From Ptychomitrium polyphyllum (Eukaryota), in assembly GCA_973851085.1 (NCBI GenBank), contig OZ316775.1, forward strand, positions 18,166,001-18,230,000: 64,000 bases of DNA, given 5' to 3'. Below the pieces are notes generated by a model. The model was not told the DNA's origin and made no database searches. It worked only from the letters and a program-made list of their open reading frames with translations. A program made the translations under genes and the position numbers. Shown piece after piece: positions 45,642-58,400 of the stretch. The number at the start of each line of letters is the position of its first letter. Within the stretch, counting starts at the first letter, position 1.

Positions 45642-46539
45642 CTCGACATTCTCTTTTGAATATTGTCTAACTTATATACTGAATTTGCACATAATCCAAC
45701 GGGCCTGAAAGAGTGACCGGGTTTTACATTCCATTTTAAACTTGGATGTAAATTACAAAGTAACAAAACCTGCTGAGTTTTTCATCACAAAGCTGTAGTC
45801 AAACTTTAGAGTTCAAAAAACATTAGTAAATACAAGTGAAAGATAAATTCAGTTTTAAGGGTTACAGTGACACCAAAACTCCTGATCAACTTTCTAGAAA
45901 AGGTCGAGTCTTCATAACATGCTCCTGATCTATGAATCTATTGTATAAAACAGTTGTCAGAAAAGACTGACTGAATCTAGACACAGTCATCGTCATGTTT
46001 CACCAATATAAGAAAAACGGTGAACAAAAACTTCTGAATGCATGAGGATCAAAAGTTGAACGATGTTTTTAGCCATGCTGCCTATTTTGAGGCTCTGACT
46101 CATGTACCGAAAGACTACCACCTATGTGATCTAGGTAAGTTCTGAGATCTGTTTCAATGTCTGTTTGAGACCAATAGTACATCTGCGTCGACCACAGACT
46201 TTCGCATCACATGCTACAACTTGTAGATTTCTTACTACAGGGTACTCAGGTTTGAAATCATTTCCTTACGAACACTATAACCATACACTTCACAGATGCA
46301 AAAAACGGGTCAAAAGGAACTGCCTACCGATCATTAAAGGAAGAGGGTACCATAATCCTTGCTCTACCCACTAATCCCTCTCTCTAAACATCAATCCTTG
46401 GCAATTGACAATCTTCCTAAACCTTAGCGTGCCAGTAGATTTTAACTGTATTAATTCAATTCCGGTAACATAGAAATACAGAACAAGTCATCCGGAAAAC
46501 GACAACAATATCAAACATTCAAAATGACAGTGCTGGATA

Positions 46540-47780
46540 CTCACGTGCATTAGGATCACCAAAGTGATTTTGGCAGACAAAGATTCATGGGCTGCCCATA
46601 CCACACTTGAGAAGCGTGGAGGGGGGAAGGGGGGGTTGGGGGAGGAGCTCCATGGGGTTATAGGCATCAGATTCCACAAACAGGAATCCAAGTTGAAGGA
46701 TTTCGAAATTTCACCAGACATCAGCATTATAGATTTGCCAAACCCAAACGCTTGGATAGAGGGGCATCCATGTGCCAATTCATTCCATGGCCTACAAAAC
46801 TCCTTCATCTCTAGCAAATTAAAATTTCCTACACTTGCTCTCCTGTTATTTGAAACACGAACGAGAGGGCCATGACGCCCCCAAACAGGATTTCTTCTGT
46901 AAGTAACCGACACGAGAAATGTAACTTATTTGACAAATCAGGCGCCAGAGATATCAGAATCAATCTGTCATCGTTAACAATGAGCTGAGGCGGAACGATG
47001 AGCAAACTGGGCTCAAAGTACATCCTAGTATTCTCCCATATATCCTCCTTAATGTTATAAGTATACAGCCAATCTTGGGCAAGATCATAAGAACTAGGGA
47101 GTACTTCAAACATGATGCTGCTTCAAAAACACCGATCTCACCTTAGTCAGCATAGGAGGGTTGGTTGATGACCATCTTCTATGGAGGATTCGTAAATGTG
47201 CATTCCAACATGTTCAAGGTCATCAGCAACTTCAGAGTCATCAGTCTTCAGAATACCGTTGCTCAAATATCTGAAGAAAACTTTGAAGCTACTGCCACCT
47301 TCGTCAACAACCAAATTCATGGGTGCATCACCAGGAGAGGCTGCAAAATGCTCGAGTGGACTTGGCAGTGGACTTGACCTGTTTATACTTTCTATAAGGG
47401 GATTGTAAACTTCATAAATCGATCACAACCACCCTCCGTGTATTCACAGATCAAACCTCCATCAGTAGCCACAAACCTTAAAACTAAGTTCATACTTGTG
47501 TACACTATATACCATCAGGTAAATCAAATTTCTTCGATGTGTACCACTGTTCTGACTCTTAAGGTCTGGAATTAGTGTCACGCGAATCTGTTTCCACAAC
47601 AACGCGCAACAATGTAGCAACGTCCTGATTCCTTTCCATGCTGAAAATAAAGACTACCAAATTCTGGCTCAGAGATAATACGATTCCATCTCTTGCACAC
47701 AAAAGAACATCTGCACAAGTCCTGCACATGCAGGAACGATAGCACTCATGCTGGAGCCTTCTCCACAATCCGGCTTCCAT
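46540..47780 (-). pseudogene. Intronless F-box (moss-expanded type) pseudogene
   Basis: Starts MEAGLWRRLQHE, then FVATDGGLICEY, LVVDEGGSSFKVF, MHIYESS, LYTYNIKEDIWE, PPQLIVNDDRLILI, AFGFGKSIMLMS spread over several frames with stops. Confidence 0.7.
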
Positions 47781-48304
47781 TTCACTGTTGCGTCGATTCT
47801 GTAACAGATACCTCACACGCCTGTGATGCAAAGTCGCATTTCAAATTCTTTTGAACTGGTACAAAAAAAAGATGTGTCCAACTCTACGCAGCGTTTGCAA
47901 TGGAGAGTATATGTTCATAATGAACACCGGTGCTAAACTTCACCTTCTAAAAATGCAAAACCTGAATTTAGTTTGCACCAAAACTGAAGTACCTTAACGC
48001 TCGCTGTGCACTTCCCTAAAAATTTTCAGCGACCCTTCAGAACACTTTCTCCATCATCCAAGGGTACAATTCCATTATCAAAACCTTGTTCTGCTAAAAT
48101 TGAGGAGCTTTGTGTGCTAAGTCACCAAACTAGACACGTTTCATTTATTCACTACCACATGCACAAAGCGAATCAGAGAGTACCGCTAATGTCGTACATG
48201 GTTGTCGCAAGGATCCTTCGGAAAACATGCTGACAAATTTAAGAAATCATCTGCTGCCTATCAATTTACATATGTTCACATTCTTGAGACCGGCATGACC
48301 TTGT

Positions 48305-51300
48305 CTACCTCTTGGCATGTCTGGTCGGAATCCGCAAAACTCCTGCCAAGAGTGGCCAAGAGCAGAAAGAACAGAAAGTCAGTGTACAGAAAAAATATTG
48401 CGCAAACAATTGGAAACCTAAACATCGTCGTTATGAACAAGTTTTTCAATGAATGTCAAATTGGTATGAATCCAAGCATTCTCTACCATTTACACGCATA
48501 TTGCCTTGCCATTCCCAAACCACACGAGAGTCTCCATTTACAAGCTTCGGATATTGATCGATTCGAGAATCCTCTCGCAGCAATCTTTCGACCTGAGCAT
48601 ATCAAGTAAAGAAATTCAAGTTCGCACAAATGAATGGCAAACCGATCAATTCAACTTTGTATTGTGAAAAACTGCATCATATCACAACATTACATGATTA
48701 ATGTACCTCCTTCCAAAGTGCTGTTATCTGTCGATCGCTTGGAAGAAGTAGGTGATCTCTGAACCGAGAAGCTACCACCCAATTTGTTGCTCCAGAGGCA
48801 CCATCAGCCCTCTCTTCAAGCACCTCACATACCTGTATCGTCACAGCAAGAATTCTAGTCCACCAATAAGTGCTCAACCATGATTCTCTAAAAACATAAT
48901 TCCGAAATCAAAAGAAGTCTACCCTATCTCTGATGCCTCAGCACAACAACTCTCTCGCACTATGTTAAAATAAAATGTTCGTTCACCTAAAGTGAGCAGT
49001 GATTCAAAGAAAATGAAAGAGGAGAGTCATCGACAGTACCAAAATCATTTACCAATTCGGACCTACTAGGTATCGTTTACTAATAAACAGGCACATTTAT
49101 AAGCATTGGTCGCTTTAACTGGACCTGAGGTACCAAATATGTAAATACGAGGTGTAACTAACAGGTAGGGAACTTCACCTGCAGATATATTTCTTCTGCT
49201 CGATTCACAAGTTTTCTGTACTCCAAGTTTCTGAATATGCATACTGCCACAGAAACCACCTGCACGAACGGAAGCATCAGAAATTCACAGAAATCAAGGA
49301 AAATTAGTTTAGCAATTACCTCGTACAGTATTCAAACCACAATGGATCATGAATGAATAAGCCAAAACACAGAGTGCTATAATCATATTTTCAGCTGACA
49401 AAAAATCACAGTTAAAGAGACTGAAAGTAGTTTGACGCATACAACGGAGATAGTCAGAAGAATGACATAGAAGTTGGCTTTGATACCCTTGCGGATCCGA
49501 CATCCAATAGCTTGATAGGTTACTGATAGCCCAATTGGACATTCAAACGTTCTCAACCTGTAGCCACCCACCATAAATCCTTTTTGGTGCTTTCATGTTA
49601 ATGGACATAACCATAACCCTGACAAATGTCATTATCAAAAAAAATACAATGCCATACAAACCTAGACTTCCGTCTCTTGAATATGACCACCAAATCATCA
49701 ACAATATGAGGACGAGAATCAAAGCATCAGAAACAATGAATGACTACAACAAACAGGTCCCATGTAGAATAAGCTCAAAAGTGGCTTTAAAGCTAATGCT
49801 GCTATTGCAACCATGAGGGCAGCAGACCAAACCCAAAATCATCTATGCAGATGTTGAGTTTGTCACGCACAATTTGTACTGCCTTCTCGTGCACCCACCA
49901 CGAACTTTGATCATCTAGCCCCATTTTCTCTTCCATGGAAGCATCCCAAAGCTCGTGTTCTGGTACCTGCTATGTTCAAAAGCAATTAGTCATCTAACAG
50001 CTTCATCAGAGCTTATCCTCGAAAACTTTAGAGAACAGGAAAAGTATTTGAGTAACTTAGCATCGCCCTGGCACAGGAGAATCACGGCGGAAAGTTCGTC
50101 CAAATCCATTCGGTCCTCAAAGATGACCAAAGATTCCACAAAGTCCAGTCCATAATACGTATGAAATTCATCAAGAAACTCTGCCTTATCAACAATTGAT
50201 CAGGAAGCAGTCAAGCCTTTCCAGCCCTAGGTCGTACCCACGTGGTTTCATCCCTATTACAGAGAGAGTCGCCCGAAATTCTGCACACTTTGCTCTGTAC
50301 AGATTCCGCCTGCATGCCATCAGCACATAACCATCAATATCTGATGCTCGGTCACTTGAATGCGCGAGTCTCAAAATGTGAATTACGTAAACTGTAAGTA
50401 GGTAGCGTTGTAATATTCAGCTCCAAATATACGTGAAGTCTCAAGAAACAGAGAAGGACAAATACCAAGTACTGGGCAATTCGATCAATCTGTTTGTCCG
50501 GAGCACATAGGACGCCTTGGCGTCGGAAACCTGGAATGCATCGCAACTCCCCATCCCCACAAATTCCATTTTCAGGGCAAGGTCTGCAGCTATCTGCACA
50601 AGAGATCTCAAAACATCAGGAAACGTCACGTGAAGATAGCAGAGTGACCCGTTGAGACCCAAATAGTTCAGTAACGGATGCATGTCACAAAAGAAGACTT
50701 TGGGCATTCACTTGGAGCTTCATAATTTCTCACGGCATCAAAAAATTCCAGAACATCACGATGATTAACCGTAACAGCTTATTACATGTCACGTGAGCTC
50801 AGAATATGATGATGTTGATCCTGGGTAAAATTATAACTTCAAGTATACTGGCAGCATTGTTGCGATGTATGTGACACTGTCCTCAGACTGCTTAGTGGTT
50901 TCATGTAGAACACTTGGAATTCATCTGCTTCACTCTCAAAGTGAACTTTTATAAACTACAAACCTGAAATCTGGACATTCTGAAGTTTATCGCGAACACA
51001 TAGCTGCCCTAAAGCTCAAATGGAGGTAGTGACAAACGTGGGCCATCGCGACGACGACCTGAAGCAAGCGATGGAGTTCTGTTCAATATAAGTCAACTTA
51101 CACTTGAGATGTGCACCCTACTTTGGATCGATATATTTGATAACAACACGACTAGATCATTGTCGGAACATTAAATACATAACTTATTAATACTCAAACA
51201 CTTCAAAGTCTTTCTCACAATTTCAGATACATCGATTAAGGCAGTTCAACGATGTCTCCTACTCCCCAGACTCTATCCAAATTTTCTTAAAAGTATCCCA

Positions 51301-51977
51301 TAATCCTTCTATTACTATTATGTGAATTGTGGCTATCCACCTCAAAAGACTTGCAAATTGCCTCTTTATAACATGTTAAAATGTAACTAACCTCAACGGA
51401 GCAGGCATATCCACATCCTGAACACGAATGGTAAGATTAACGCGACAGCTAAACGGCTATCCCCGATGCCGTTCAAAGCAAACACTCACAAATCCAAATT
51501 CGAAATTCATCGAAACTCTAAAAATTGCTCAATTAGAGAATGAACTTATCCCAAACGCTATTCCCTGGCTCGGCGCTGAACAGAAACATTTCAAACACGG
51601 AATACTGTAATTTGAAAGACAAGGTTAGACAAGAAGAAAACAAAATATCCCCCACCTCGCACAGGCTCTTGCAGTCCATCACAGAAAGGCCGACGAACCG
51701 CCTCCACCCATCCAACAGCTCCAAGAGTCAGCTTATATACAACCCCAGCAGTAAGGAAGATCGCAATGAGCTGAAGAAGCTGCTCCTTCCACGTGAATGG
51801 AATTTCAGACCACCTTCCTGAAGAATGCGGAATCTGCTTCTTCCTCTGCCGCCGCTCCTTCCTACTACCGCTAGATGGAGTCAATGCTACCTCCAACGAA
51901 TCCGACTCCAACTTCTCAGGTGACGCGTAACGAGACGGCTTGGGGTCATCGATGGGGGACGACAACAGGAGTGGCAT
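48305..51977 (-). CDS. MAN1: Inner nuclear membrane MAN1/Src1 C-terminal (MSC) domain protein, multi-exon
   Basis: TM segment then RPFCDG, SCRPCPENGICGDGELRCIPGFRRQGVLCAPD, FECPIGL...IGCRIR, a second TM segment, AEEIYLQ|VCEVLEE, WVVASRFRDHLLLP, REDSRIDQYPKLVNGDSRVVWEWQ. The last exon is tentative. Confidence 0.88.
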
Positions 51978-52208
51978 GCTTGAACCGCGCCAATGTGGTC
52001 GACAACCTCATACTCTTCTACAATCCCACATAACTCACTCACTCCAATCCAAGTTACAAACAACCACTAGTCAAAGCTAGAACCTAGTCAGTCTTCCAGG
52101 CTAGAAAACTGGTATTCGAAGCTCCAGCAGCAAGAGGAATCCGCAGTGCTGCTCCCTCGCTCAGGCTCACAGTATGAAAGCCCTCCGGCATGGGAATCCT
52201 CCGCAACG

Positions 52209-52263
52209 TCAAGTCTAGTCTCGTCAAGGCTAGTCTCGTGAAGTCTAGTTCTAGTCTTCGAAG
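52209..52263. repeat. 15-bp tandem repeat (AAGTCTAGTCTCGTS) x~3.5 upstream of the MAN1 start
   Basis: aagtctagtctcgtc aaggctagtctcgtg aagtctagttctagtcttcgaag. An (ACCAGTCA)x3 repeat lies nearby at 52402-52429. Confidence 0.7.
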
Positions 52264-55080
52264 TATAGGGCTCCAGAAGATTTGGAAATGCATGCACCTC
52301 GCGAGGCCACATGGCAGTGCGCCAGGTGTGCGCGCGACCAGATCAGTCCACGACAGCCGTTGCTTGGGAGAATCTGGGAATGATGCTCTCCAGCTGGACA
52401 GACCAGTCAACCAGTCAACCAGTCAACCATGTTGTGACAACACAAAAGAGCCTTACCCCTGTACAAGCAGCGAAAAAAAAAAGTTAATTAAATAATTGAA
52501 AATTGACCACTTGTCTTGGTACAATTTTCTAAATATTGTAAAAATATCTCGTCTTGACTGGGTTAGGTTGGTAACTAAACAAGGTAGGGAGTGGCTCTTT
52601 GTGAACTATCTGTGCTATTTCTTCTAGTTATTATTAGAAAAATATTACTCCTTCATAGGAATAAAGTGATCATGGAGAAAGTCAATTTTCATCATGATTT
52701 TATTCTTTATGATGGAATTTCTAAATTTGTTTTAAATGAAAATTACTAAAAATTAATCTAAGTAAAGTTTGCTTCCAAAAAATCTAATTAAAAGTTAGTC
52801 ATGATCCTAAACAAACATATTAATTGTTTAAAATCTTTGAACAAAAGATATAAATATAATTCCACAAATTAATGGAAGTTCTTTCTTCAAATTTCATTTG
52901 AAGAATAAAACTAACAAGAAAATTAGGCAGCATCTCAAGATGAAATTAATATCGAGTTACACAATTTGTTGTTTCTAAGGTTTGTTAATATAAATTCATA
53001 AGTTTTAGTTCAATGAAAGGCATTCAGGAATCTTAATTAAGTTCATAACCCTACTTAATATGTATGCTATTATAAAATGGAAAACCACCAAAAAGACATG
53101 CTTATAATAATTTCTTTATATTTTTTATTATTTATTATTAGAATTATTATTTTTAAGTTAGTTATTTTCATTTCCAGTGAATTTGTATAATTATAATATT
53201 AAAAACTAAAAAACTAAAAATTACTTCATAAATGTAAAAGTCAAAAAAGTAATTATATAATCAAATTTATAACAAATAAAACACTAAGTATATGAAATAA
53301 TTACAAATAACTTTAGAAGTTAGTGTACTTCTTCATTGCCATAGAATATCTAATAAAGTTTAACAAATTATATGAATTAGAAGGTTTGTTGTATTTCTCA
53401 ATGGTATATGAATATTTTAAATAGAAGTAACATAGCGCATACATATATACTTACATATATACATGGTATACATGAACTTAAAATTGAGTTTCTAAAATTT
53501 TAGGGGCTCAAGTTTATTAATGCTATTGTACAAAATATGATACATCATAAACAAAATTTATACAATTTAATTTTTTTAAATTATGAAATAAATCAATGAA
53601 ATTTATGTCAAAAACTTTAAGCATTTCAATCTTAATAAGATGGATAGTCTTCAAAGTTCCAAAGATTTTCAATACATTTCTTCTGCATTACTTTAAAATT
53701 CTATTGTTGTTATTTAAATGCATGAATTTATTATATTGTGAATTAATTACATGGTGGCAAGTATTCATTCTTTTATACTATATTACCAATTTTACATACA
53801 ATTTACTTATGCAAAACATTTAAATTGATATCAAATATATAAACATACCTTAATGAACTTCATTACCAGGTTTTTATTAAAAAAATCGCTAGATTTAGAC
53901 TTGGTTGTAAAAATATTAAATAAAAAGACAATTATAAGGTAAAAAGAACATTATGATGAATTCATATAAGTGATTTATAATCTACATCTTTGGAACTATA
54001 GTATGAAATTTTTTACAATTTATATATTTTACAACAAAAAATTTCAATAAACTTCATATATTAATGTTTGTATATTTAGAATTTTCAAGGTTTAACATTA
54101 TTAAAGTCTTCATTATACTATTATATAACATTGAAGAAACAATAAACTGAAGTTCTAAAATGTATCTGTTTAAATTACATATAATCATTATTCAAAAATA
54201 TAGTAAAATAAAGTTAATCAAAAAAATTGCTTCTAAATATGTTTGAATAATAATAAAATATAATTTGTAATATTTAAAATTTTTAACTATTCTTATAAAA
54301 TCTTCTTTAGTCTTAGCATACATAAATTTACAACAGATTTACTTCAATATGTCAATGATTGTTACAGTTTAAATATTGAAGTATAAGACTATAAATGAAA
54401 TATTTTAAAGGAAGTCCAAAAGTGTGATAATTTATAATAAAGTAGTTTTTCACTTTGTTTTCTCTTTAATAATATATTTGAAACAAATAAAGAATATATT
54501 TAATCATTTATAAAACAAAGAAAGAACAATATTTTTTTTAAACAAACAAAACATAAATTCTATTTTTGGATAACAAAAAACAATCCTTCAATAGAAAATG
54601 GCCTAGAAGAAGAGACAAATGTTTTAAATTTATAATAGTATGGCTATAGAGCAATTCTAAGGTTATTCAATTCATTTGTATTCATATTCCATAATAAGAA
54701 TAGAATTTTATTCCACATCTGTTAAATATATTGTTTGATTAACGCATTTAATTTTTATTTGATTATCATTAATCAGAAAAATATACAACAAATCTTTTTC
54801 AAATTTGGATTTTGAACTAAATAGGTAATGAAAGAAAACATAATAGAGTTACTATAAAAAGGATATTAAAATCAATAGAAAATGGACATTACAAATAAAA
54901 GATTAGAAGCAAAAGACAACTTTGGATTCAATATTAAAAACATAAAACACATTTAATTTGTGTACTACCTAATATGACACAACTTGTAACTTATCTCCCT
55001 TTCCATTATCACCACTTCATAATTCCACATGCACCTAATCTCAATCCATTCCCACCTAATCAAACCTTATTCAACAACAA

Positions 55081-55482
55081 TAAAAGTTTAGTAATTAATT
55101 GTAATGCATATAGTAGTTTCTAATTTTTTAGTGATGAATTGTAATACATATAGAAGTTTCTAGTCGTTTAGTGATTAATTGTAATGCATATAGTAGTTTC
55201 TAGTCGTTTAGTGATTAATTATACTGCATATAGTAGTTTCTAGTTGTTTAGTGATGAATTGTAATACATATAGAAGTTCTAGTTGTTTATTGATGAATTG
55301 TATTACATATAGAAGTTTCTAGTCATTTAGTGATGAATTGTAATACATATAAAAGTTTTTAGTCATTTAGTGATTAATTGTGGTGCATATAATAGTTTCT
55401 AGTTGTTTAGTGATGAATTGTAATACATATAAGAATTTCTAGTCGTTTAGTGATTAATTGTACTGCATATAGTTGTTTCTAG
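55081..55482. repeat. 40-bp minisatellite, 10 copies
   Basis: Consensus TAGTCGTTTAGTGATKAATTGTAATRCATATAGWAGTTTC repeated head-to-tail with no unique spacers. Confidence 0.95.
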
Positions 55483-58400
55483 CTATCCAGTAGCTGCGGG
55501 CATTGAGTCTCCATGATACTGGGCAGTTCAACGTTACTGATGATCACGATGCATGGTGCATGGCACAGGGTCACCCATGTAAAGTATGTTATGCTGGATC
55601 TACTTTTGTGCGGCATGAAAATCTGATCTGACTCAATTTGATGAACTTCATATGATATGTACACGAACATGAAAAGAGATCCAATTATTGGTTCTACTCA
55701 TAAACTGATGACATGCACATCCTGCACTTGCAGCATCCAGAAAGCTGCTGAAAAATAAATCCTTCCTGTGATGCTGTCATACTTACATCTACTATGAGTG
55801 ACTTGTGGAAAATGCTGAGTTGCCACCATACTAGTATTGTGCTTTGTGGTATTTTATATGTAACATTATCCTATACAAATGGACATGTGGTGCATGTATG
55901 AGCAGAGCCTATCAAATTATGGGTGTACTCACCTTCAGTCTGGATATTACAAGCTCTGTATTCAAAATAATTATAATGTTTGGTAGCATGAATTACATTG
56001 CGTCAACTATTTAATGTCTATGTAACTTGAGGCCTCTGTGAGGTTGTGGATCTTGTAGGTTGGCTAGTAGCTTGTAGGACATTGTTGGAGCCGTCAACCT
56101 AGTTGATCCATTTCATTGCGGAGTGCAAATCTCCTTGCACTCTCAAGCTGAGCATAGTTGCTGGATTTAGCATGCTTTTTAGAATTGTAACCAAAGCTCA
56201 TGCAAAACATGTGCAAGTAAACTTGTCTATCTTTCAAGCTCATCACAGAAACTCTAGCCACTACTCAAATCCAGAAGTTTGAAGTAGAGTTACTTGCGAA
56301 TGGCCCTGCTGTGGCAAGCATATGAATTCTCTGGCAGTACAGGTAAATGTTACTGCTACACCAGCCAGGTCAGATGGCATGTCAGGTGCCAGAAAAGTTG
56401 GCATATTTGGTGTGAACATCATTCTTCTTAAAGAAGCCATTTCTACTTGCTGCAGTTTGGTGTGGCCAGGCCCTAAATTTGCACACTGCCCAGTCCCATC
56501 AAGTAATGATTTAAAAACTTTTCTCCCACTGAAACTACTCTGAGTTATCCATGCCAGCAACCTTGTAAATATTTGAACACTGCTTGAGCTGAAGTTTGTC
56601 GTCTGCTGATGAATTTGCAATGAATCTAAAGAAATTACTTATTTTTCAAATTCCAATGAAACATAAAATGACATACTAACCAGTGTTTTGAAGAACTTTG
56701 GCGGCGCAGTAGAACACTGTTTTAATGTAGTTTTAGGCCTTCCTACTTTGCTGGGCCTACTACTGCAGCAGTTTGGTGTGGTCAGGCCCTTAGCCTAGGT
56801 ACAGCCAGTACCTGCAAGTGAAATTTAAAATAGTGGACTCCCAAACTGCAGTTACATATTAAATTATCATGTGGCCCGTAACATCCACCTGTGATCAAGT
56901 GTGATCATATGAATTCTTTATCTGTGGTAATTATCATAGAATGGGAGTCAATCAGTATCCACGTGAGTGGAGTTTATGACAATTGTAAGTTACTTTACCT
57001 ATTTACTGGTACTGGAGGTTTCAGTCCAACTCCACCAGCTCACAATTATATCCTATTTTAAGGTGCAAATTAAGAGAATTCGTTGCAAAGACGACGACCT
57101 CTTACACAAGGGTGGAAACCCAGTAGGGTGGAAGCTCCACTGGACACAGACATAAAATGCAAAAGCAACAGACAAAGCAACAGCAACCAACTTCCAGTTC
57201 ACAAGGAGAGGGTCAGGGGCCTGAACTTCCACTAGATCTTGACAATATTTGTTTCTTCTCATTTGTTTGTTTTCTCTCTTTCTTATTTCTCTATTTTCAC
57301 TCATGAGACTTATGTTTACTCCATTGTCACTGAATCATAAGTTATGATTCAGTGGAAATCATCAGAGCCCTTGCAACTGCTAAATGTCAAAACTCATACT
57401 TTTTAATAAGTAGTCACAAATACAACATGCATGTGTAACAATGAATGTGCTACACATAAAGGTTTTTGGAAATACGTCATTAAGTTCTAGAAATTGAACT
57501 ATCATATGTTATCATGACATTGTGAACTTAGAAATCTTAAAGGAGAATAATTTCTAAATGGACTATGAACTTTTCAAAGACTTGAACCAAACATACTAAG
57601 AAACTCACATATGACCATAGTGATGATGTATCAATGAAGTAGTAGATACAAATTATTAGAAAGAAAAAAGTCATTTTTCTTGTATAAAAATCTAGAATGT
57701 GTTATTAATGATAAAGAGCTAATCGTTCTAAATTCATGGTGTTATTTTGATGATAATAATTATAGACTATAATTTTTATTCTATATAGTATGAACTACAT
57801 TGTTGAAAATACTCTTCAATATTTGATGATACTTCAATTGATGTTGGTCACTTTAATTAGAGTACTAATATTATTTGAAACACTTTAGAAACCTCACTGT
57901 TTTGTATATTAAGCAAAAACATACTATTAAAAATCCATGTTATTTTGAAATTTGAATTGTATTTTATGTGTGCTTTCTTATTTGATGATTTAAACCACCA
58001 AAAGCGTCTGTATATTTAAAGAAATGTGCAATCAAGATAATTTTCTTGCAAAAATCTTATGATTAAGCATATGAGGTGTTAGTTTTAATGCATGAAAGTT
58101 AATTTGGTTACTTGATATTCTTTTACGTTGCTCCCAACTTCCTTTGATTTTAAGAATCCACATGCTTCAATGAGGTAAATTTTAATAAAGCAACAGTACA
58201 AAAGAATATTTTACAATTGCAAAATGAAACTAAATCGTATTGTATGAACATTTTTTAGATTTAAAAAAAATAAATTACCACAAATGATATGTGCTTGTGT
58301 TGTAGACATATACCAAAGATTATTATTTTATTATTTTTTAGTATTTTTTCCAAGAAATAAAGAGAAATTTTACATTTTCAAAATTTTCAAAGCTTGAAGG

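Noticed and set aside
52500..55080. AT-rich block as a transposon (similar blocks at ~9300-10000, 13250-13750, 39500-40700, 57300-58600)
   Set aside because: Possibly TE-derived, but no terminal repeats or coding remnants can be demonstrated by eye.
55081..55482. Possible CRISPR array
   Set aside because: Units are contiguous with no unique spacers, there are no cas genes, and the context is eukaryotic. It is a minisatellite.
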